A DNA stretch of 63,883 nucleotides, filler included, from Dugesia japonica (taxonomy: Eukaryota): the NCBI GenBank assembly GCA_001938525.1. It is 5 parts of 5 records of this genome, joined end to end, with 100 filler letters (N's around TTAATTAATTAA, not from the genome) between each part and the next. Parts side by side here need not be neighbours in the genome. Positions count along the whole stretch, not along the records: positions 36,741 to 55,588 come from MQRL01375115.1; positions 55,689 to 63,883 come from MQRL01620420.1; 3 more parts are not named here. The stretch is one strand, 5' to 3'. The notes beneath the pieces were generated by a model. It was not told the DNA's origin. It did no database searches and was given only the letters and a program-made list of their open reading frames with translations. The position numbers were made by a program, and so were the translations under genes. Below, piece after piece: positions 54,221-61,542 of this stretch; the first letter of the stretch is position 1; the number at the start of each line of letters is the position of its first letter.

Positions 54221-55688
54221 ATGAAAGATGAGAAATGTTTTTTTCAAAAATTATTTATTTGTGAAAAATATTCTCCATCGAATTCTACATCGATTGATGT
54301 AAAAATCTCGAAAAACAATTTTTTCAAAGATTTTCAAAATTTCAGATGTTTTTCTGGATTCCCATAAAAATTTATTTAAACAAAAATGACTTAATTTCAC
54401 TAATTTACCACAAAAATTTAATAGAATTTTAAAAAACTTGAAAATTTAAACAAATTTGACTTGTTTCATCAATTTACGTAAACATGCAGCCCAAACTAAC
54501 CAATCCCGAGGAAAGATTTGACCAAACTGCCTTAACCTAGTAAATAATTGACTCCAAAAGATTACCCAAATTTTCCAATACCCAGGGAAAATTAAACGTA
54601 ATTCACCGGAAACAACCAAAAATCAACCTTATTCGATCTTGTTAACTTGTCCGCGGACATAAGTTAAAAAATTTGCATAAGATTTATCAAATATATTATT
54701 TAAAGTTTGAATAAATTTTAATGAAATTTATAATAAACATATTGAACACAGTCTATATTTTATTGAATTTCCATGACTAAATAAAATCAATGTATGAATT
54801 ATTAAACTTTGTATATTTATTGAATTTTCTATATATTCTTAATTTGAATTTTCTGTCTTAATTAAATTTGTATGTATTTATACTTTTAACGAAAAAGATA
54901 ATTTTTCGTGTCACTATATTCACCTAGCGCAATGGTGGGCAACTAGTGTGTCGAAAATTTGAATAATAAAAGAAACAAAACAAAATTTTGATCGAAGTTT
55001 ATATTTTAATGAAGACATAATGAATCTCAAACTAAATTTATAGCAATAGACTGAAATAAAATTAAGAAATAAATAATATTAAATGAGCTCGAAGGTATAA
55101 TTCAATTTAATATAAAATAATTCAATTTTAGGTTCTGGAAGCAAAAAACAAACATTTGTTAAATAGTAAGAGATGGGACAAAATGGATTTTACTCTTAAT
55201 ACAAGATGATACAATTTCAAAGAAGTAAATTAACGACAAAATTTTCATTAAATGTAATTAATTTTAAAGTGAAATTAAATATACTCCAAACTAAATCATA
55301 ATTTTAAACAGACATTGTAAATAAATTTTTGATTAATCGAAGAAATCGTAATTACTGATTACAAGTAAATTAGATATTACTTGACGGTAGAAATGTGATG
55401 AGTATAAATATTTAAAAATAAAAAGTGGAATCGTATTATCAAATAAAAAAACATTTGACAGGTTATAACTACATCATAATGAACTGTATCAATTTTCTGA
55501 TCGAGAATTCTCTAATGACACTTGACAGTGGGTTTCACTTCAACATTTATAAAATTCATATTAATACAATCAGAAAACAATTCATATCNNNNNNNNNNNN
55601 NNNNNNNNNNNNNNNNNNNNNNNNNNNNNNNNTTAATTAATTAANNNNNNNNNNNNNNNNNNNNNNNNNNNNNNNNNNNNNNNNNNNN

Positions 55689-56450
55689 CAATTTAGATGT
55701 TTAATTATTGGATCAAGTGGATGTGGGAAAAATGTTTTACTATTAAAGATTTTACTAACACCTAATTTTATAGATTATAATAATTTGATAATCTTTTCAA
55801 CTACTATTAATCAATTTGAAATTCAATTATTATATCATGGATTAAATCAAGGTTTAAGTAAACAAGATTTAATGAATATTTTTTCAGATGAAATACAAGA
55901 TAGAATTCCTCAAGATTTAAATCCACAAGAAATAATCTTTTGGTACTGCAACTCCTTGCATTCCAGTTTACTGGGTTCTAGTGGATTAAGTAAATCAGAT
56001 AATCAACAGGAAACTGAACAGATAAACATTACACTATCTTCTAAAGCATCTGAAATTGTACCATGTGACAAGTTACCTGCTAATAAAAAGAATTNNNNNN
56101 NNNNNNNNNNNNNNNNNNNNNNNNNNNNNNNNNNNNNNNNNNNNAATGAAAAGAACCAATCAATACAGAAATCTTACTTTACTAGAGGAAGACATAATAA
56201 TTGTAATGTAATTTACATTTCACAAACTTATTATGATTTAGACAAGAATTCAATAAGAAATAATAGTAATTGTTTTATCTTCTTTAAACTAGGTAAAAGA
56301 GATAAAGATAATGTTTATCATGATTTATTTAGTAATATTTTTAATAGTAAAGAAGAATATGATTTCGAAACCAATCACCATTGGAAAACTAAATATAATT
56401 ATTTTTATCTTTACAAGGAAAAAGAAATGTTGGTAGATAATTTGTTTTAA
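55689..56450 (+). CDS. A32/FtsK-like DNA packaging ATPase (5' truncated)
   Basis: FRCLIIGSSGCGKN (Walker A, starting upstream of the ORF-track start), FTRGRHNNCNVIYISQTY, IRNNSN; Walker B falls in the N gap. Confidence 0.92.
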   Translation, partial: QFRCLIIGSSGCGKNVLLLKILLTPNFIDYNNLIIFSTTINQFEIQLLYHGLNQGLSKQDLMNIFSDEIQDRIPQDLNPQEIIFWYCNSLHSSLLGSSGLSKSDNQQETEQINITLSSKASEIVPCDKLPANKKNXXXXXXXXXXXXXXXXXNEKNQSIQKSYFTRGRHNNCNVIYISQTYYDLDKNSIRNNSNCFIFFKLGKRDKDNVYHDLFSNIFNSKEEYDFETNHHWKTKYNYFYLYKEKEMLVDNLF

Positions 56451-56567
56451 TAACCCGAGCGAAGCGAGGGTTTGTAATCTAAATCTTAAAGTTAAAAATC
56501 TTAATGCTAAATTATGTTAAAGCTAAATTATTATATATAAAAATAGAAACCTCGCTACGCTCGGTTA
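56451..56567. promoter_or_regulatory. Intergenic cassette: inverted GC-rich repeats enclosing a TATA-like element
   Basis: TAACCCGAGCGAAGCGAGGGTTT (56451-56473) and AAACCTCGCTACGCTCGGTTA (56547-56567) are inverted copies; TATATATAAAA at 56532; function inferred. Confidence 0.55.
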
Positions 56568-56569
56568 CA

Positions 56570-57193
56570 ATGCAAAGCAGTACAACTGAACAAGAATTAA
56601 TAGATTTAATAAATAGTGATAAATGTAAATCAATTAGAATTGATGGTAAAAACTATTGGATTGGTAAAAAGACTAAAGAAATATTAAAACAAAAGCACGC
56701 ATCTGGAGTTAAAACGACAGCTGGAGGAATTTTTCCATTATTAGCTTTAATACCTGGTATTTTGGCAGGAATTGGAGCTGCAGGAGGCGCAGCCGCTGGC
56801 ATTGCAAAGGTTGTTTCCAATTCAAGAGAAGCTAGTAATAAAGTTAAAGAATCTATTGAACTTGATAAAAAGAATGAATTATTAACTGAACAAATAAACC
56901 AGTTGAAAAGTAAACAATCTCAATCAACTGTTGAACCAGTTAGTTCTAATAAAGTTGATCCAGTTAACTTGAACAATAAAGTTGAGAATAAACTTCCACA
57001 GTCACAGTCTACAACTGGACAAGGAATTTATTTAAATCCTTATCAAGGATCAGCTATTCATAAATATTTAAAACCATACTTGATTAACTCTAAAGTAATT
57101 AAGAAAAAGAAATTTAAAAAAGGAATTGAAATTATACCTAGTGGCAAAGGAATATATTTGAATCCATATCATGAGAGTCCAAATAAAGCTTAA
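56570..57193 (+). CDS. Putative virion core/membrane-active protein (adenovirus pX-like) with adenain-type sites
   Basis: AGGIFPLLALIPGILAGIGAAGGAAAGIA resembles the adenoviral pX GG-FLP hydrophobic segment; two GxGIYLNPY repeats; start taken at ATG 56570, after the intergenic cassette. Confidence 0.6.
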   Translation: MQSSTTEQELIDLINSDKCKSIRIDGKNYWIGKKTKEILKQKHASGVKTTAGGIFPLLALIPGILAGIGAAGGAAAGIAKVVSNSREASNKVKESIELDKKNELLTEQINQLKSKQSQSTVEPVSSNKVDPVNLNNKVENKLPQSQSTTGQGIYLNPYQGSAIHKYLKPYLINSKVIKKKKFKKGIEIIPSGKGIYLNPYHESPNKA

Positions 57194-57198
57194 ATAAA

Positions 57199-58104
57199 AT
57201 GAATGATTGGATTGAAGATAGAATAAAAAGTTTAAAAGAACAAATTAAAGGAAGAGAGAAATATGACAAGTTAATAGTTGACCAGCTAGCTGGACAAGTT
57301 TCTTTTCCAGTTAACTGGACTAACCAGTTTTCAACTGGACAGTTTTCATCCACAGTCCAACCAGTTGGAAACAATAATTTATCAAGTGGTTTAACTGTTA
57401 AAGATAGTCCAGTAAACCTGGAACCTGTTCAGTTAACTATTAAAGAACTAGAACCAGTTGAAAGAATAACAAGTGATGTATTTAAAATAAAAAAAGAAGA
57501 ATTAAAAGTTAGTAATAAATATGAATTACCTCCAACTTTAATTCCTTATATTATTTATGACTATGATAATACTTTTGATTCTTTTAAAATTGGTTCAGAT
57601 ATTATTTATTTAAAACAAAGAAAAGAAGAAGGAGAATTAAAGAAATTTTTTCTTATAAATGGAACAAAAGAAATAGATTTTAATCAAGAAGTATTAAATT
57701 TAATGTTTGGTTATGGTTCGAATGATAATGAAGCTAAAAGAATTTATTTAAGTGGTTTTAATTTTAAAATTCCACATACAAGTAAATATATTCAAGCATG
57801 TAAGAAAAGAGGAATATTTGATGAAGAATTTAAAAAATTAAAAAATCCACCTGATTATAAAGAAGTTGATTCTATTAAAACTATTCCAACTAGTAGTGGA
57901 GAAGGTATTCCAACTAGTGGACAGTCTACTGGATACAAGAATCCAATTAAACTATTGGAAAAGTTTGTAATAGTTACTAGTGCAATAAAAGCTGGACATG
58001 ATAATCTGTCAAATGATTTTAATAAAATAATTAACAAGATGTTGGATAATAAATTAATAACTAAAACAAAATATGATAGACTAAAAGTTAAATACTTAAA
58101 ATAG
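57199..58104 (+). CDS. Conserved Polinton-like protein of unknown function (C-terminal KAGH helical motif)
   Basis: Intact 301-aa ORF; C-terminus is homologous to the remnant at 44752-44913 and precedes penton in both elements. Confidence 0.7.
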   Translation: MNDWIEDRIKSLKEQIKGREKYDKLIVDQLAGQVSFPVNWTNQFSTGQFSSTVQPVGNNNLSSGLTVKDSPVNLEPVQLTIKELEPVERITSDVFKIKKEELKVSNKYELPPTLIPYIIYDYDNTFDSFKIGSDIIYLKQRKEEGELKKFFLINGTKEIDFNQEVLNLMFGYGSNDNEAKRIYLSGFNFKIPHTSKYIQACKKRGIFDEEFKKLKNPPDYKEVDSIKTIPTSSGEGIPTSGQSTGYKNPIKLLEKFVIVTSAIKAGHDNLSNDFNKIINKMLDNKLITKTKYDRLKVKYLK

Positions 58105-58121
58105 CTACGCTACGCTCGGTT

Positions 58122-58896
58122 ATGTCTCATCAATTTTTAATATATGGTCAGGAACATGAATTAGAAACTAATTTATCTAGAGGAATAGAATTACAAGGTG
58201 AATGGGAAATTGCTTTAATCTGGTTTACTACATCCAACATGGTATTGAATATAAATAATAAAAATAATAAATATAAAATTAATGGTATTGACAAGATACT
58301 AACTCCAGGTGCATATGAAATTAAACAAATTGCAGAAAAGTTAAAACAAGATGCTCAGTCTGGAACTGGTTTATTATTAACATTTGATGTATCAACAGGT
58401 AAAGCATTATTATCTTTAGATGTAGGAGATAAAGATAAAAATTCTAATGTTAAAGAACTAAAGGTTGAGTTTGATAAATTTTCTTTTTTTCATACTATAC
58501 TTGGATTTAATGTTTTACCTGGAGGTTATTTGGTTAAGGAGGGCAATAGTTTCATTTCAGACAATAAAATTAATATTATTGACATAAATACAATTAATAT
58601 TATTTGTAACATTGTACAAGGTAATTATTTAAATAANNNNNNNNNNNNNNNNNNNNNNNNNNNNNNNNNNNNNNNNNNNNNNNNNNAAAGAATACAATTT
58701 ACTACATAGTTTACCAATGGGAACAGTTCCTTATGGATATAGGATAACTGACAGACCTGCTAATCCAATTTATTCTCAAATTAATACAAACTTTATAACT
58801 AGAATAAAATTAAATATAGTAGATGAGAATTTTAATACAATAGATTTTGATGGGGAAAAAATAAATATCCTATTACATTTGAGAAAGGTTGACTAG
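58122..58896 (+). CDS. Minor capsid protein (penton)
   Basis: GEWEIAL, PGAYEI, NIICNIVQGNY; after the N gap continues KEYNLLHS..VPYGYRITDRPANPIY..VDENFNTIDFDGEKINILLHLRKVD*; the frame break is confined to the N gap. Confidence 0.88.
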
Positions 58897-58916
58897 TCAA
58901 ATTAATACAAATTAAA

Positions 58917-59432
58917 ATGGAATATCCAACACATTGGAACATATTAGATTTTTTAAAAACATTTGGCATATCATCTACAACTAATTATGATTTATTAGAT
59001 ATTGCTAAATTTTTAAATCTTGATATTTATGTAGTAATGAAGGATGAGTTTCCAACTAGATGGAGTCCACAGCCAACTGCCAACTGTCCAACCCAGTTAA
59101 CTGGAAGTTGTCCAGCCCAACTAGTTGGAAGCTGGATAATAAATTATCAAAATTCAAATCAAAAAGGTAGTCATTGGGTTGCCTATGTACAAATGGCTCC
59201 AAGTGGAGCTTGGAAAACTAGTTATTATTTTGATTCTTATGGTTTACCTCCATTAGATTCAATTTCTAATCCAGTTAAATGGAACAGGACACAAGTACAA
59301 CCTTGGAAAACTAAAATATGTGGTATATTATGTATTTAGTTTATTTATAAAATCCAGCTAGCTGGAGTTAATGGAGGGAATTTTGATTTAATAATTAAAG
59401 AAATGAAGGAGACCTTCAAAGATTGGCTTTAA
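58917..59432 (+). CDS. Adenain-type cysteine protease with one in-frame TAG (59337-59339)
   Basis: IINYQ..GSHWVAY (His), YYFDSYG (Asp), QVQ..CG (Gln/Cys); frame continues FIYKIQLAG...DWL* to 59432. Confidence 0.9.
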
Positions 59433-59448
59433 GTTATGTATATAAGAA

Positions 59449-60690
59449 ATGACTCACAGCTTTTCAAATGTAATAATGAATAGGTTTGGGGAAACATTGG
59501 ACAATAAAAATACTAACCAATTACTAGAAGCATTTGATGGTAAAGTTGAAAGTAAAACTAATTTAAAATTAAGAATCCATGAACATGAGGAACAAGTTAG
59601 AAATAAAAAGTATGATGATAGAGAATATATTGATAAAAAGGTTGATCAACTAGTTGGAAAGTTAACTAAGCAGTTTATTGCTCAAATTGTCAAACAACAA
59701 GTTACTATAGAAACTTTAATGGAAAGTAATAAAATACAGTTGAGTGGTAGGAAAAAAGAATTTATTAATCTAAAAAGTGAAATGTTACTTCAACTTGAAA
59801 ACTTTAAACAAATTAAAAATTTTTATAGAGATGAATTTAATAACCAACATGATAAATTAAAAAACCAACTAGTTGCACAGTTAACTAGACAAATTAAAGA
59901 TTTAACAAGTAAATGTAGTGAAGAAAAATGCAACAACTTGAAAAAACGAGTTGATAGATTAAAAGAAGAATTTGATTATTATCTTCAATATAAAAATGAT
60001 CCTTTATATGAATTGGAAAAAACATTTTCTTCATTAAACCAGTTGTATAAAAAAGATAGAGAATATCTTGAAGACATTTTAAAGAAATTAAAGAAAGAAA
60101 GAAGTCAAAAGAAAATTTATTCTCCTGATTTATTCAAAACCTTTAAAGAAGAAGTAGAAAATTATTTTCCATATTTCTTAGATCCAAAAGTATCTTCATT
60201 AGAAGTAAATAAGAATGTAATATTTTATTTAACAGCAGAAAAAGAAAATGAAGAACTACCAAGTGTTGTAATTTTTAAAATGAAAAAATTAAAAGGATTT
60301 AGAGATGGGGAAGTAGTAAATAAAGGAGATGGGAAAATTTATTTTGTACTAGAGAAAATGATGGTATTAAATTTTGAATTATTAAAAGAAGAAAATGAAT
60401 TATATTTCCTTTTTAAAATTGGTAGTGAAATACATGTTTATGAACCACATCTAACCTTTAAGTTTAATAATGAAATTTTAATAAAAAATGAATCTAGTCC
60501 AGTAGTTTTTAAAAACTTTAAATTTAAAACTAATATATCACCTAAAATACTAAATATTTTCAAGATAAATACTAGAGAAATAGATGAGGGAAAATCAAAA
60601 TGGTTTAAATTTTCAATAACCATTGGTCCTGAAACTCTTTTAAATTCTTTAACTATATCAACTAAAAACTTTAGTGATGGGGTTAAATAG
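59449..60690 (+). CDS. Hypothetical 413-aa protein, coiled-coil N-half and beta-rich-looking C-half
   Basis: Intact ORF with tight spacing inside the viral cluster; no recognised motif. Confidence 0.7.
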   Translation: MTHSFSNVIMNRFGETLDNKNTNQLLEAFDGKVESKTNLKLRIHEHEEQVRNKKYDDREYIDKKVDQLVGKLTKQFIAQIVKQQVTIETLMESNKIQLSGRKKEFINLKSEMLLQLENFKQIKNFYRDEFNNQHDKLKNQLVAQLTRQIKDLTSKCSEEKCNNLKKRVDRLKEEFDYYLQYKNDPLYELEKTFSSLNQLYKKDREYLEDILKKLKKERSQKKIYSPDLFKTFKEEVENYFPYFLDPKVSSLEVNKNVIFYLTAEKENEELPSVVIFKMKKLKGFRDGEVVNKGDGKIYFVLEKMMVLNFELLKEENELYFLFKIGSEIHVYEPHLTFKFNNEILIKNESSPVVFKNFKFKTNISPKILNIFKINTREIDEGKSKWFKFSITIGPETLLNSLTISTKNFSDGVK

Positions 60691-60702
60691 ATTTAATAAA
60701 AA

Positions 60703-61461
60703 ATGAATGACCAATTAATTAGAAATCAACAAGTTGAAAAACTGTATCCCGATTTAAATAGTGATTTTAATGATAATTCAGATTTAAGTGAAAAGTCTGT
60801 TACTTGTTCCACCATTCAAGATTTGAAAAATAAATTAAACAAAACAAGAATTAAAGATTTTGAAAGTGATCTTGAATGGATAGAAGATAAACTAAAACAT
60901 TATAAAAAGTTAAAGAAAAGGTGGTCAAGATTTGATAATGGAGTTAGATTTACGGATGTTGGAATATCAACTGTAGTAGGTATAGCTTCAGGAACAATAA
61001 TATTAATGTCCACTTTATCTTTTACAATACCTTTAATAGTTACAGGAATAGTAACAGGAATACCAATTATATATTCTATTGCACATGGATCTTTAAGAAT
61101 TAGTTTAATAAAAAGTAGAATGATTAAATATTCTAATAAAATTAAATTATTAGAAGAAACTAAAAATAAATTATTCCTTTTTTATATTAAAGCATTGGAA
61201 GATGATGAATTAAGTAATGAGGAAATTAAAATTTCAAAAGATATAATTAGTAATGTAAAGACTCAGTTAGTTAGTATGTCCAGCAAGCTGGATGGTAGTA
61301 AGCAGTTACCCAGCAAGTTGGATGGTTCAGTTAACAGTAACCAGTTGACTGAACAGTTGTCCAACCAGTTGGCCAGTCAACTGGATCAATTTGCAAAATC
61401 ATTTCCAATCTTGATGAACCAGATTTCCAACCAGTTAACTGGCCAACAAGCCAAAAAATAA
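60703..61461 (+). CDS. Putative membrane protein (coiled coil, two hydrophobic segments, N-terminal LYPDL)
   Basis: Hydrophobic stretch VGISTVVGIASGTIILMSTLSFTIPLIVTGIVTGIPIIYSIA between charged helices; palindrome-derived C-terminal tail. Confidence 0.7.
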   Translation: MNDQLIRNQQVEKLYPDLNSDFNDNSDLSEKSVTCSTIQDLKNKLNKTRIKDFESDLEWIEDKLKHYKKLKKRWSRFDNGVRFTDVGISTVVGIASGTIILMSTLSFTIPLIVTGIVTGIPIIYSIAHGSLRISLIKSRMIKYSNKIKLLEETKNKLFLFYIKALEDDELSNEEIKISKDIISNVKTQLVSMSSKLDGSKQLPSKLDGSVNSNQLTEQLSNQLASQLDQFAKSFPILMNQISNQLTGQQAKK

Positions 61462-61542
61462 ATTTTATAAAAATGAACTAGGTAAAAAAAAAATATTCAT
61501 CAACAAGGACAACCCCCTTGAACCAAATCTTTTCTATAAGAA

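Noticed and set aside
57307-57318. Reading the palindromes as double Myb sites (YAACKG) or restriction sites
   Set aside because: Fits CAGTTAACTG only; the GCTAGC and ACTAGT variants lack the Myb core, and restriction sites have no evident role in an animal host
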